Positions 1 to 13,739 are shown, numbered from the stretch's first letter. The stretch is DNA of 64,000 bases from Ginglymostoma cirratum (GCA_024137785.1 JAHRHZ010000107.1:62001-126000); one strand, 5' to 3'. Notes: generated from the letters alone by a model not told the origin. A program made the numbers and translations.

Positions 1-874
1 TTAGGTATGTTGCCAATTTATGTGCCTTAAATTTCAAGCTTATTTTCAGATTTCGTTGGAGCATGAGTATATTGCTAAATATATCATTCGGCTGGGAACA
101 AGCCAATATTTAAACATATAATCGACTTGGCGTGAAGAATGGAAGATGCTTATTGAAATAGATCATGGAGTTCAGCTGCTACAAAGGAAACCGACAACGA
201 AGTTATCGTGTATTTTGGCGTGCTAGTGTTTCACAGATACACAGGGCTTTTCATTCGAACAGTTTAGGCAAGTCTGAATTTAGAAAAGCTTTACGCAAGC
301 AGTAAAGCTTTTTTGAATTGGGGTCTGAATGAAATGCAGAGGAGATGACTCATGCAATTAAAAATTGACAAGAGCTTCGGCTGTAATATCGTTGATTTGA
401 TGGCAAATTCCCTGAAAATGATTATAACTGTTTGAATGAGGTGGGACCGACTGTGTTTACACAATGTAATTTTAATTAATTTCCCGGGTGTCTTCAAGAG
501 CCATGAAAATCTCATTTTATTTTTCTGCAATGTCGTGTTTTGTAGTTACAAATGCAACCTTTTTTATCTTTTTTACAAACCTGCTTAAATTGATTTTGAC
601 TTAAACATTGATACGATTATGCTTACCAATACAGAGATGACTTTTTCAACTTGGGAAACTTTCTTGTAGACGAATATCGCAATCTTCTGCAATTGGCTGC
701 AAAGGGCTACAATTACTGCAAAGCAAAATTGCTGAAACATGACCCAATATCAAATATGAGCTACTGCTTTCGACTTTGCCATGAAGAAAATATACAGTGA
801 ATTTTATTGAAGATTAGATCAGTCCAGCAAGTGGTAAATGTAACTAACCCTGAGGAATAGTCTTCCATATAATA

Positions 875-1236
875 CATGGAAACATAGAAGTCGGAATAGC
901 AGAAGAGCGTTTTGTTCTTCGGGCCTGCTCCACAGTTCAATATGATCATTACTGATAATTCAACTGTATAACCTGTACCCGTTTTGTCCCAGACTGCTTG
1001 ATCAATTTAGCCCGAAGAGCTATATCTGAATTCTTATCTCAAACATTCAACGTTTCAGCCTCAGCCACATTTTCTGGGAGCGAATATGGTCCGGACAGTA
1101 CTTATACACTTAATGGTAAGGCCCTGGGTCATGTTGGAGAACAGAGTGACCGAAGGGGTCAGGTCTATAATTCTTTGAAATTTCCATCACTGGTGGACAG
1201 GATGGTTAAGTAGGCGATTAGCATGCTTGCCTTCAA
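875..1236. mobile_element. Two CR1-like fragments (minus 3' end, then plus RT-downstream piece)
   Basis: TYTLNGKALGHVGEQSD.GV.V.NSLK motif on the plus strand; 3'-UTR-like sequence on the minus strand. Confidence 0.65.
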
Positions 1237-1552
1237 GTTCACAACCCCCGTCAGTACTTAAAAGCCTTATAATTTTAATGAGTCCTCATCCAATATTTAT
1301 CGCTGTAATGTTTCACTTATTCTCTGAATATTCCATTCTTTAATGGCAATTTCATTTTATTCTCCAAAAGAGAGAATGCTGTTTGTGTCATAAGTCTTGC
1401 ATGTCTAAGATATATCTCTTTCGTTGATTTAAAAAAGAAGAAAAACACCCATGAGATATAGAAGTCGCTGACTGGGTCAACATTTATTTTCACTTTAGCA
1501 AATTTGGGGCACAACACACTCTGCCACATAAAACATCGAACAAATTTGGTTG

Positions 1553-1642
1553 AGATGACAAGGTGTCGAGCTGGATGAACACAGCAGGTCAAGCAGCATC
1601 AGAGGAGCAGGAAGGCTGACGTTTCGTGCCTAGACACTTCAT
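1553..1642 (-). mobile_element. Short Penelope-terminus repeat, family A, with 12-bp TSD
   Basis: Reverse complement matches 59817-59913; flanked by CAAATTTGGTTG at 1541-1552 and 1643-1654. Confidence 0.85.
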
Positions 1643-2279
1643 CAAATTTGGTTGCACAGTTCAGAATAACTCCGATGTTTTATTGCAGTTATTGGTAAAT
1701 TAGACCAAGTTTTTTTTTTCCAAACTGGCATATGATTTAATGAAATAAGTTGCAACCTCCTAGTCCTCCATGGGGATAATTTACTCTGTGTTTCCTTAGA
1801 TGTCTTTCATTTTACTGGGAAATGATACACTGCAACTGATTTTTAGTAGATTTATATTTTGTTATGGCCCTGACTGTGCAACATCCAATTATGAATGCAA
1901 CATTTAACTAACAGTTCAGGCAGGAGGGCTGCAGAACCATTACTCATAAGATAATATACTCATTCAAGGGACTTCTCTGGTGACCCTTCTCTGAACAGCC
2001 TTTAGCGCACTGACGTAAATGGGGTGACCAATATCACACACTGGCCTCCAGGAGGAATCTCTGATGTGCCTAGTATTTCTGAAAAAAAAACATCTGTACC
2101 TTTGTGTTCAATTTCTCGTGTGGTAAGTGATTTCATTGGTTTATTTTTCTTAATTACTTTATGTCTGTGTGTACTAATCTCAAGCAATACATTCATCAGG
2201 CCTCCTCTGAATCTCATAATTCTACAGTTTGTCACTGTTTTGATTATACGTTTTTTCTATTCTTCTTCTGAAATGGTCT

Positions 2280-3950
2280 TTCTTCATTCAATTTCCCACA
2301 ACCCACGCCTATCGCCATATTTTTGTAATCCCTTGTGCCCACTGATGACTGACTTAATGTCCTTTCTATTTTTATGATTCAACAAATTTGGCAAACAGAA
2401 TTTATACATCCTCATCCAAGTGATAAATTGCAAACATTCACATTTCTGCATCGGTCCCTCTGGCAGATCATTCTCGAATCTTAAAACGAGTCCTGTGCAC
2501 TGACTTTCAGCTTCCTACGACCCAGCTCATCGTCTGTCCTTTCCAATATCCTACACCCAGGTCTTTCTTTTTCGGAATTTCAACGTTGACACAGCATTTT
2601 ATTGAATGCCTTCAGATATTAAACAAACTACAACCACCGATTGCCCTTTGTCTGGTAGATTTGGTAAATGTGATCTCCCTTTCACAAAGTCATTTTATTT
2701 TCACAGTGAATCCCTCGAACTTATTAAGTGCCCTGCTGTGACATATTTTATGGTATATCCTAACATTTTGCTACGACTGCTGTTGAAATAAATTCTCGAT
2801 AATTTCTTGCTCATTGTCTCACACTATTTTTGATTGAACATTTTAATTTTTTTTCCTGTCAATCTAAAGGACTCTTCCACAATCGAGGATGTCACGCAAA
2901 CGTAAAACCAAGACATCAGTTGTTTCAATAGCATTTTTTGCTCAGACACGAGGATGATGCCATGAGAGAACTGGCAGGTGTTGGCTCGTAGCTGCAAATA
3001 TATAATCAATATTGTTCCTCTGGTGATTGTGATTTTCCTGCTTCTGCCCTCCCTTTCATTTGCCGATTCATTGTTGCTTCTTGGATGTTGCTTTTATTCT
3101 CTGTCTTGTAAGCTGATGCAAAATAAGTGTTCTGTAAACATTCCATCTCTCTTGTTTTACAGCATGAATTCCCACACATACTTTGCATAAACGATGTTCA
3201 AATTGTAAATCATTTACTTACAAAACACCTGTTAGAACTCACACTCCCTGTTTTTAATGTCTACTTTGCTTACTATCATACTATGATGTTCCACTACTTA
3301 TTAATTTTCAGATGATTAATTCCTGCAAATTCTGTTTAATTTTCTGACTTGACTTCTGTCTGTGTGCAATCAAATCCGTTTTGTTTAATGTCGATATTAT
3401 CTTCAGCCACAGATGGCAGGTTCGTCCCTTAGCTTTCTCCTTACAATTTTGTAATGTATCTATTTTGTGCGATCTGGAATGTCTCCTTAAATGTCTGCCA
3501 TTGTATCATTGTTGACTTCTCTTCGAGCCTAATTTTCCAAAGTATTTCAAGCAGCTCTGTTTTCATGTCACAATAATACCTTTTTTAAAATTTTGGAACT
3601 AATCCTCCCTTCCTCAAAATAAACGCAAAATGCAATTGTATTATTGTCGCTGATACGTAGGTGGATTTTCAATACGAGATCATGAATTTATCAGATCACG
3701 TTTCACTGCTACAAGTTCAGCAAAGGTCCAGGACATGCAGTTTGAAGAAACTATTCCAAACCTTTGTACGAACTCCACACTAAAGTTAGCCTTGCACATG
3801 TGACTTTCCTAGCTATTAGATAGATCAAATCTCCCATCATTACAGCCGCAATATTCCGACAAACTCTCATACTGTCTTCCTTTATGTTCCCTCCACCGTG
3901 TCGTTCCTGATGGGTTACCTGAACACAACTCCCACAATTATCTGAACGAT
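2280..3950 (-). mobile_element. Old, heavily decayed CR1-like LINE
   Basis: Patchy similarity to the minus-strand CR1 at 55640-58920 (e.g. tcctcatccaagt, ttattaagtgccctgct, gatcaaatctcccatcattac). Confidence 0.5.
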
Positions 3951-6339
3951 ATGATCATTTCTCAACTTCACTCAAACCCATTTCACATGCTGCTTTCCTG
4001 AAATGGGGTTCACCACTTTCTCTTTCATAAAATAGGAACAGCAAATTCGGAAGAAGCTCAGCAGTAACTGCGAAGAGAGAAACAGAATTTATGTTTCCAG
4101 TCTGATGTGACTCTGCTACACCTCTTTCTGTCATGTAAATTGCATTGCAAATGAACTGTGACACTTGTACAGGTTTCCGAGCTCTCCATCATTCCGACGC
4201 CACCTGTACCAATCCAATCCCTGTCATCCTGCAAGAAAGAGAGTGGTGAAGGTCATCAGCAGTTTTGTAAACTTTTGGACTTGACCTGTACTGAATATCA
4301 GCGCGGACACAGTTAATATCAATTGGAACTCGTGCAGCCATGATTCTTGTCGCAAAGTATCAGAACCCACTGTTTCCACACTGCAGATTTGGGAGGACAT
4401 AAACATGTGCACGACAGCTTCAGTTGCAAGTGTACTCGGTTTTTGTGCAGGTCTATGGTGCGACAGAGACTGAAATGAGGAGTCATTGCCATGGAAGGCA
4501 TTGCAGCATGTTGATTTCCAAACTTTGGCGGAAAAAAAGGACACAGAGTCTGTCAAAAGTGTGCTTGCAGGAGATCATGTAACAGTGTCCCTGTGTGAAA
4601 AGTCCAGAGGACACAATTGTTCGAAATTCAGAAATGGGGTTGATGAGGCTGCTGTATTGTTTCGTGATAAAATTTCACGTGTGATAAAGCCAGGATTGGA
4701 CGATTACAGAAAAAAAAAGGCCGTGTTTATCTTTGGTGTTTTAGAAGTAAGAGTGTGGCTGTGGCTGGATTTGAAAAAAAAACGGATGAGAAATTTAAAT
4801 ACAACGTATTGCTTGACTTTGAGTAAATGCAGTGATGGGTGAACCAGCAGTGGTGTAAGTTAAGATTTGGCAGCAGAGTTCGGATTAGTTTTAATTTAAA
4901 TAATTCGAAGGTGGAACTTCTGTGAGAGTATCGGAATAGTCGAGGGTGCCCTTGAAGAACTTGAAGGGTATGGTAGAATCTCATCTGTTGGCATTTCCGA
5001 GAAAGGAGAAGCATTGCAGCAATCAGGGGATTGTCTTACTGATAGCTACAGTAAGAAGTCTGATGCTCAACACAAGGTCACGGGTGAGTCCACGGTTGTG
5101 AACAGTCTGGTCAGATGACTGTTTGGGGGGAATAGGCTTCGTTTTGGGGACAAGGAAGACTGGTATCTTTCCTTGGAAAGAATATTTCAAATTTATGAAG
5201 TTCAATCAAAAAATGAATGGAAAGAAACACATTTTGGTGTATTGAGAAGATGAGGCAATTAAAAATATCCAGATACAGAAAGGAAGATATTAAGTGATGT
5301 GTTTTTCATTGGAGATATATATTTGGTTCAAGGAACTTTTCTTAAGAAGCAACGATGCTCACTGTACCGTTGTGTACTCATTGCACAACAGCTTGGCGAG
5401 AACCATTTTGAAAAGTAACTATTGAACAAGCATGAGGGTAGAGTACTTGAGAATGAGATTATCGCTCTGTTGCAGTCATGAAATGTTCATTTATAGTCCC
5501 CAGCGATACACTGAAAACAGTGATACTTATTCGCAGTTCGCGGATTGGGAATTTATCTGTGTGTACTATCAAACTCCAACACCTGTTCGTGTAGTAGATT
5601 TTCTACTTATAAAGGAACAGTCTTGCTCCCTCAACCACATGAGCAAACTCCCAAAATGTCTTTCCTCTCTGGTGTCAAAAACGTTTCTATTATCTACTAG
5701 AAACCAAAATGACACCTTCTTCTCGAAAGGCCTAATCGAACATGTTTCCTGATAACTTTATGAGTTGAAAATGTTCCATAAGGTGAAAAGTTAAAACAGA
5801 TTATCGGCAAAAATCATTACTATTTTGAGACATGGCTAAAGTCTTCAACAGAAAGGCATGCTTTAATAAATGCACAAGGACTGCAAAGAGGGGATCGAAG
5901 AAATAGGTTCATGGGGGCGTAATATTGAACTCCGAGTCTTGGAGGCGAGAAGCACAGTGACTAACTTTGGAACAGTTAAAATCAGGAATTGTCTAGAAGC
6001 CATTATTAAATGAATGAATGTTTCTGAGATGACTTGGGCTGGAGGAAATCTTAGAGGTAGAGTTGAGTGAAGCCATTGAGAAGTTAAGGCTGATGAAGGC
6101 AGTTTTGAGATCAAGGCATGGTTTGACATGGCAAAATGTAAGTCACGAAGGACAGTGGGGATCTGGGATAGGTGCTTGGCCTGAGATTAAGACACTGGCA
6201 GCATAACGTTGGAAGCCCCAAAGTTAGAAATTTGGAGGTTGCTGAGGAATTTCTGGAAAGTGCAAATTCATGACGTAATGTTTAAATTATAGGTGAGTGG
6301 AGAATCAAAAATCAGTGAAGTTAGATGTAAAAATAGGTG

Positions 6340-6720
6340 GTCTTAACAAGGACGTTGAGGGTGATCTTATAGAGGTTTATGTAATCATGACAAGCAGTGA
6401 CAAGATAAATATCAAAGTTCATTTCCCCAGTGTAGGGGATTTCAAAACGAGAAGGCATAGGTTTAAGGTGAGAGTAGAATGATTTAAAAGGGATCTGAGT
6501 GGCAACCTTTTCGCACAGAGGATGGTGTGGATGTGGAATTAACTACCAGAAGAAGTGGAAGGGACAAGTACTGTTCTTACATTTAAAGGATTTTTGGACA
6601 GTACATGAAGGGGACAAGTTTAGAAAGATGTGGTTCAATCATCGGAAAATGGAACCAGTTAAGTTTGGATGAGTTGCACTGAAAGATCTGTTTCCATTCT
6701 GTAGGCCTTTATGGCTCTAC
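6340..6720 (+). mobile_element. CR1-like LINE 3' end
   Basis: GDLIEVY.IM...DKIN...FP.VG..KTRRHRFKVR motif and typical 3' UTR. Confidence 0.8.
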
Positions 6721-6924
6721 ATGGTTTGGAGCTCAAACCAAGGTTAAATACGACACCAATGTTGTGAATAGTGTCTTTCCGCATCATTATATAATGATGT
6801 TATACTATGGCATAAACAGACACTTTATGTAATACTTGAGAACTGTCGATTTGACCGGACATCACAGAAGCAGAATAAGCGTCTATTCAGAAGGGAGTAA
6901 GTCTTTTCTTTGTTGTAATTCTAG

Positions 6925-7245
6925 GAGTACAGCCGTCTCCACCAAAAGTCAGTCTCCACTATTCTGCAACTGAAGAACAGAGAGCAAACGGATTTGTGCA
7001 GCTGGTTTGTCTGATCGGCGGATATTATCCCGACAACATTGCGGTGAGCTGGCAGAAGAACACGAATACCATAAGTTCTGGTTTTACAACTACGTCCCCA
7101 GTGAAAACATCGAAAAATGACTTCAACTGTGCAAGTTTGCTTAAAGTGCCTCTACAGGAATGGAGCAGGGGTTCTGTGTACAGTTGTCAAGTTTCTCATT
7201 CTGCAACCAACAGTAAACAGAGGAAAGAAATTCGATCAACATCCG
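6925..7245 (+). CDS. IgNAR: IgNAR heavy chain constant domain C1 exon
   Basis: Acceptor ttctag|GA at 6923-6924, donor G|gtaagt at 7246; phase 1 at both ends. Translates (G)VQPSPPKVSLHYSATEEQRANGFVQLVCLIGGYYPDNIAVSWQKN...EWSRGSVYSCQVSHSATNSKQRKEIRSTS, an Ig C1-set domain with both Cys and the Trp, closely resembling shark IgNAR C1 as I recall it. Confidence 0.96.
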
Positions 7246-8119
7246 GTAAGTAAATTAAACAAATTCACTAGCTCAAATTAATAAAACATAAACACTTTCA
7301 TTTTCAGTATTGGGCCAGTTGAAATATTGTTATGGTGGTCTGTTGCTGAGGATGAAACATTCTTGTACTGGGTACAGTGAGTGATACCAAGAGCACCTTA
7401 ATGTCGAGAGAAATGCTACGGTACAAAAAATCAGTTGGAAATGATATAGGTATCCGCTCTTTCAAAAACATCGCGGAGCACAACATTCGAAACCACTTCC
7501 CTCTGCTCTCGACAAGTCTCGTTCTTAGCAGGAAAGAATTACTGGAATAAGGGAAGGCCTTGACAAAAGACAGCGGAAAACAGACAGAAATATAGACATT
7601 ATGAGGAAACTGATTCGTTGGCAATCTTCTTACAATGACAAGTTTACCCTAAATTTCTAGACAGTCTCGGTATTAAAAATGCTTTATAAACCAAGCCAGC
7701 ACTACGCATTGGCTAATTTACAAATTGAGTCCAGGGCAGGAAAACACCATGGCAATGCATGCATTTCATCAGAAAGAATTCAACTTCAACAAGTCTGTTT
7801 CTCCTGCTGACACTGGTATGGATTCAGTGTTTTATGCTGCGGTGTGCTGCTACGCAGTTGTAGAAAAAGATGAATTGGGAGGACAATGTTCAGAGAACCT
7901 AAAGGGAGAGACAAGGTGTTCTGGGGGAATAGAGACAGAAATTTGCTATTCGATGGGAATCGACAGAGACAGCAAACATGCAGCAAATTGCTGTGTTGAA
8001 GCATTCTTTGCATAAACCGTATTCAGGCTAAGACAAATAGGTTTTTTTGAACCTCACAGGGATAATGATTCTCAATAATCCACTGCAGTTAAAATTCATC
8101 GAGCTTCGTGGTGTGGTAG

Positions 8120-8600
8120 ATTTTGTCAGTCTCTCCTTGTCTATTTTGCTCTCTTGCTCTCTTTTTTACTGTTAGTCTCTTTCTGCCTCTATTCATCCAC
8201 CTATCCGTCTCTATTTCTTCTGATATCTATCGTTCTATCAGTTACATCGCGATTTGTCTGTCTTCCACTTTCCATCTTGCAAGTATTTCTTCTTTATCTT
8301 CCTGTGACTGGAGATTTTAATCACTCTTTGCGTATCATTCATTGTTGATCCCAGCGCTCCCCTGACTGTGTGCACACTGCCAGTCTCCATGCCTCCATCT
8401 CTTGCCTTCATTCCATCGGTATCTCTCTCCCTCTCACTCTGGCTGTCTTCTTCTATCTGTCATTGTAATGCTCTCATTCTCTAGTTTTATGTCTTTATAT
8501 TTCCATCTCACTATCGGAGCTTGCCTGTCTCTGCCCCTGGCTCCCTGTGTATCTGTATCTGCGCAGATGTGTGACTCTTTTGGGACTCATCTGCCTTTGT
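8120..8600 (+). repeat. Degenerate CT-rich low-complexity tract
   Basis: Strong pyrimidine skew with many TCTCT/TCTAT units. Confidence 0.7.
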
Positions 8601-8618
8601 ATTTCTGGGAATTGTTTC

Positions 8619-9420
8619 CATAAGACCATAAGACATAGGAGTTGAAGAAAGGCCATTCGGCCCATCGAGTCCACTCTGCCATTTAATCATGGCAGGTGGG
8701 CATTTCAACTCCACTTACCCGCACTCTCCCTGGAGCCCTTGATTCCTTGCGAGATCAAGAATTTATCAATCTCTGCCTTGAAGACATTCAACGTACCGGC
8801 CTCCACTGCGCTCCGTGGCAACGAATTCCACAGGCCCACCACTCTCTGGCTGAAGAAATGTCTCCTCATTTCCGTTCTAAATTGACCCCCTCAAATTCTA
8901 AGGCTGTGCCCACGGGTGCTAGTATCCCCACCTAACGGAAACAACTTCCCAGCGTCCACACTTTCTAAGCCATGCATTATCTTGTAAGTGTCTATTAGAT
9001 CCCCCCTCAACCTTCTAAACTCTAATGAATACAATCCCAGGATCCTCGGCCCTTCATCGGATGTTCGGTCGACCATTCCAGGGATCATCCGCGTGAATCT
9101 CTGCGGGACACGCTCCAGTGCAAGTATGTCCTTCCTGAGGTGTGGGGCCCAAAATTGGACACAGTATTCTAAATGGGACCGAACTGGAGCTTTATAAAGA
9201 CTCAGAAGCAAATCGCTGCCTTTATATTCCAACCCTCGTGAGATAAATGACAACATTCCATTCGTTTTCTTAATCACGGACTCAACCTGCAAGTTAAACT
9301 TTAGAAAATCCTATACTCGGACTCCCAGATTCCTTTGTACTTCGGATTTCTGAATTTTCTCACCGTTCAGAAAATAGTCCATGCGTGTATTTTTTTACCA
9401 AAGTGCAAGACCGCGCATTT
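8619..9420 (-). mobile_element. Young CR1-like LINE 3' fragment in the C1-C2 intron
   Basis: ORF 8891-9292 (LYKAPVRSHLEYCVQFWAPHLRKDILALERV..RFTRMIPG) is CR1 ORF2 C-terminus; tandem CATAAGAC tail at 8619-8637. Confidence 0.9.
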
Positions 9421-9733
9421 GTTTATTTGTTTATTTCTGTATTGCTCACTGCATGGGCCCAGACCAAACCCCTCACCCAAAAAAAGTTTTCTCTTGATTT
9501 TCTTTTTGTTTGCTCTATTTCTCAAGGTTATTGGTTTATAGAAGTTATGGCACAAATCAACAAAATTGCAAAGAAGACATGTCGCTTCAAATTCGACATA
9601 TATCAGTGAGAGGGGTGGTCACTTTTTAATCATCGCATCCCTTGTCACTGATTAAGACATCCTTGTTACACTTCCGGTTAGATCACTATTGAAACAAGGA
9701 CCAGAATTTAAGTCTCGCATTTCTCATTGACAG

Positions 9734-9830
9734 AGATCGCTGTATTACTAAGGAATCCAACAGCTGAAGAAATCTGGATCACGAAAAGTGCCACTCTAGT
9801 TTGCGAAGTGCTCTCCACAGTTTCCGCTGG
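9734..9830 (+). CDS. IgNAR: IgNAR C2 exon, 5' part (truncated by assembly gap)
   Basis: Acceptor ttgacag|AG at 9732-9733; (E)IAVLLRNPTAEEIWITKSATLVCEVLSTVSAG matches the IgNAR C2 N-terminus and runs into Ns. Confidence 0.92.
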
Positions 9831-9840
9831 NNNNNNNNNN
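9831..9840. other. Assembly gap (10 N) hiding the C2 3' part, C2-C3 intron and C3 5' part
   Basis: Run of 10 N; the flanks encode different domains (C2 start, C3 end). Confidence 0.95.
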
Positions 9841-9938
9841 ACCTGCAGTGGAATGGAAGAGCGGAGCAAAATACACCTGTACTGCCTCACATCCACCTTC
9901 ACAATCCACTGTGAAGAGGGTCATCAGGAACCCAAAAG
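9841..9938 (+). CDS. IgNAR: IgNAR C3 exon, 3' part
   Basis: In a frame other than the listed ORF it reads PAVEWKSGAKYTCTASHPPSQSTVKRVIRNPK, followed by the phase-1 donor G|gtaagg at 9939. This matches the IgNAR C3 C-terminus. Confidence 0.92.
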
Positions 9939-10174
9939 GTAAGGACGGTTTTTCAGCAACATTTCTCATAAGCAAAGCTTTGTGATAACTATAAACACAA
10001 CATGAAAATGTGAACAAATATTCTAAGGTTCCAGAAACTTTAAAATAGACAACACCTCTTGGAATGAAACAACTTTAACACACAGGACACGGGTAGTATA
10101 TAGATGAAGAATCAACAATATCCAACAAGTACGCCGCCTCAAGCAGTGTGATCAACGGTGATGCAAAGAATGGA

Positions 10175-10300
10175 GGGGTTGGCCCTCTTGTGGTAGAGTG
10201 GTAATGTCGTTAACCCTGGGCCAAGAAGCCCACATTTACTTCCCGCCTGTTGCTGAGTTGAGTAATGACTTATCTCAACAGGTTGAAAGAGAAAAATAGG
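10175..10300 (+). mobile_element. Short tRNA-derived SINE-like remnant
   Basis: A-box-like TGGTAGAGTGGTA, eroded B-box and A-rich end. Confidence 0.4.
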
Positions 10301-12875
10301 TTAGCTAAAAATTTATGTTGAAAAAAGAGCTTCATTGCACAATTAACTCTTGAGAGTGAGCTATCTTTAGACAACAATGAATGAATGTGTTCACAAAATT
10401 TTGAGTCGTGTTTGCAAGAGTCAACCGCTTGATGCTTCTACGTTCAGTCCAGCTTGAGTGGTTGCTGACAGTCAACTAAAAGGTACACCGAAATCCAACC
10501 TAACCAGTTAAATAGTGAATCTCATATATGTGAATTATCATGCAGATTTCAAGGATCCTATTATTCAGTATGATTCCCTGGGACACCGCAAGAACGGACA
10601 AATAATTCTGCTATTGATGTAAATAATTCATACAAACTACTGAACTAAGTTTAATTCCTACTGTCTGCTTAGTTCATTGATCTGACCCGATTTTGTTGCG
10701 GACCTTGGAACCGCCAATTTATGTCCTCAAGAAATGAATAGCAAGACATCAAGTTTTCAACACTGATCTCTGGTAGACGAGTCTGTGATCAACAGAATAG
10801 ATTACTGGACTGCGAAAACCTTCTGTCGTTCACTCACCGATAATTATTGAACCAATTTGATTGAAAAACTAGTTGAGGTGACAAAGGGATGCCAGCAAAT
10901 CACATACAACAGTGAAAAATAACAAAGATGAATCTGAGCAAATACTGCTCATAGATGCAGTCACAAACATTGATCAGGAATGATTCCGTTTGTTGATCAC
11001 CCATGGACTGAAAATGCAAACTACCAGAAGCCCATGCGTTGATTTCGGTTTGTTGAATTTCTTTGAAAGTTGAACTGGGATAGACTTATATGAGTTACAT
11101 ACAATCCCTCTGAGAGTTCTTGGTGGAAATGAACGTTTTGTACACTTGCAAAAGTCAAGGCCGAAAGGGAATCTTATTCAGTGGCTGTAGAATGGGCGAC
11201 ACATGTTTCTTTTTTTTGCCTTGTTGAATAAGTGAGGCCTTTCAGTCAAGACAAGATTCCTCAATGAAATTTGTACACCACATGATATCAATATGAAATG
11301 TCACTTTCTTTTCCACAGTGATGGAAGAAATTCACTTGAAATTGTGATAATTTTCAGTTTAAAATGCTGGGGTGGGGGAAGGTTTCCCTATTAAGATCAT
11401 GTCGTCTGTGAATGGAACATTGTGCCATTTAAAACGTCATTGTTAAATCTTCGATTTCTGTTTTTAACACGTGCAGAAGATTCATTTCATTGCAATCAGT
11501 TTTCTCACAGCACCATTTCTCCTCCCAACGTTCAGTTTTACTACTGAAAAGATACTATTTTGTTGAACATGCAGTTATCATCAAGGCTCTTCATATGGAA
11601 CTGGTCTTGTAACACAAAATATGCCCACATTTTATAATCAAGAAATGATAATATCGTCTGACTGCCCTCAGGTTGCCAACCCACAAATTCATCTGAACCC
11701 TCAGTCAGATTGAATGGAGAGTCAGTGGAAGACGTGAAATCAGGACGGCCAGAGATAAGCAAGTACTCAGAATGAAAGTTTGGACTGCGAGACAGTAATA
11801 TTAATTCACACAGGAGTAGATTCTGCAATTTTTCTCCCATCCATCAAACCTGATATCATTGAAGAAATGCAAACGTTTTACGAAATGCATACAAAATAAA
11901 ATGATTTGATTCGAACTGCATGATACACAGGAACATTCGTCCTCACAAGAGATATTGGAACTTGTACAGTTACGTGATTCTACAAATATAACAAAGGTTA
12001 TAATATTTCGAGTGACAATACAAGCAAAATATTCAAGAATCTTCTTTTCATTTTTTTTAACATGTGCACAAAGGAAGTAACTGTTACTGTATTAGAAACG
12101 AACATTATGCTTAAAAAATCTGAAGCTTGCTTTCCCACGTTTTATACGTCCCTTTAACGTTGGCAAAATACTAACAGTTATGAGTTTTGGTTATTCTCAG
12201 TATTAAAGTTGAGATGTCACAGATACGAGCTCACAATATTTTACATTCACTCACTTCACACTCTTAAAATAGTACCGAATGCAACAGCCATCTTCAGAGA
12301 ATGCCTCGACCTGACCTGAATTGTGCAGTAAGTATCTCTTTTTTTAAAATAAAAGATTTTGCCGAGGAAATAGGACAACAAAATCATGTCAAAGGATGCA
12401 AACCATGAAAATACAGAATAACATCAGAGTAATTTCTTCATTCGTTGGTCGGATGCACTGAAAATAACTTAAGTTGTGGAATAGGAAATATTTATGACAT
12501 GCTTTTCCTCATCTGCTATTGTCTTCTGACAAATGCAGTCCAGGCTGCAGCAACTATCTGCTGGCATCAATAACTGCAAAAGCTAAGAGTGTGCAACACC
12601 AGAACAGAAACAATTCGGCCCCGGTATGCCCAAGTCAGAACAATTTCCAAATTGTGCAATAATACATTGCAAATATTACCAAAGGCGCATCCATAGCAGA
12701 CGCAGCGAATGAAAACAACGTGAACAGGAGGACACAGCATCTAATTAACTAAGCCGAAACAATCTGAGAAAACAGATAACAGATTGCAGTAAGTAAACTT
12801 ATTCCCAACTCTTGAAGTATTTTGGAATTTATTTCAAGATTGCAGCTTGAAAAATGTATTCCTTATTCTTTCCAG

Positions 12876-13196
12876 TTGATTGCCGTCAGACAGACATTTC
12901 TGTCAGTCTACTGAAGCCTCCGTTTGAAGAGATTTGGACACAACAGACAGCGACCATTGTTTGCGAAATCGTTTACAGCGACTTAGAAAACATCAAAGTT
13001 TTCTGGCAAGTGAATGGGGTTGAGAGAAAGAAAGGAGTCGAGACGCAGAATCCCGAGTGGAGCGGAAGTAAATCCACCATTGTGAGCAAACTCAAAGTCA
13101 TGGCGTCGGAGTGGGACAGCGGTACCGAATATGTTTGCTTGGTAGAAGACAGTGAATTGCCAACACCAGTGAAAGCCTCGATCAGGAAGGCAAACG
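12876..13196 (+). CDS. IgNAR: IgNAR C4 exon
   Basis: Acceptor ttccag|TT, donor G|gtaagt at 13197; (V)DCRQTDISVSLLKPPFEEIWTQQTATIVCEIVYSD...EWDSGTEYVCLVEDSELPTPVKASIRKAN. Extra N-terminal Cys is consistent with the inter-chain disulfide. Confidence 0.96.
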
Positions 13197-13739
13197 GTAA
13201 GTGGGGATAATACTGCAAACAGAACAAACAGAATTGATGCCAGAAATCTGAAATGAGAGAAGGTGCTGTAGAAATTGAGCTGGACTGCCTGAATCTGTGG
13301 AGATAGAAGTAGGGTGAACCTTTCCATTCCAGTATGACTCCTTCCTAAAAAGTGTTGTTAATGTTACCGTTGAGATAAAACTGGATCATTGTCTCATCCA
13401 ATGTATAAATATTTTTGCAAATCATCGTTTTTTTTTAACATTAAATGACCAGAAGTCTAACAGCTCTGGCTCCTGCCGTTCTGCAAAAGTATAAGGACGA
13501 GCATGATGACCTATGAGTAGTCGAATCATTTGCACCCTCAGAGAGGCAGTCCTTTCAAAAATGTGATTCTCTGCAAGATCAAAACTACCACCAAGTGACA
13601 TAACGTTCTCTAGCATTCAAAGATATTTGTACAGTCTTACAGATAGGAAGTATTTTAAAAAGCAAATGTATTACGAGCAAAGAAATTGCGATGCGTAGAA
13701 AAGACTGTTTAAGTTAAACAAATATCTCTCTCTTTGCAG

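Noticed and set aside
1-6924. V, D, J or leader segments of the functional cluster
   Set aside because: No G.GT.VTV-type J motif with donor and RSS, and no VNAR framework found; treated as J-C1 intron.
8120-8600. Switch-region-like repeat
   Set aside because: No AGCT/RGYW-rich tandem units; it is a degenerate CT microsatellite, and sharks lack conventional S regions.
9727-9942. 71-aa ORF as a single exon
   Set aside because: Chimera across the N gap; the 3' part is C3 in a different frame.
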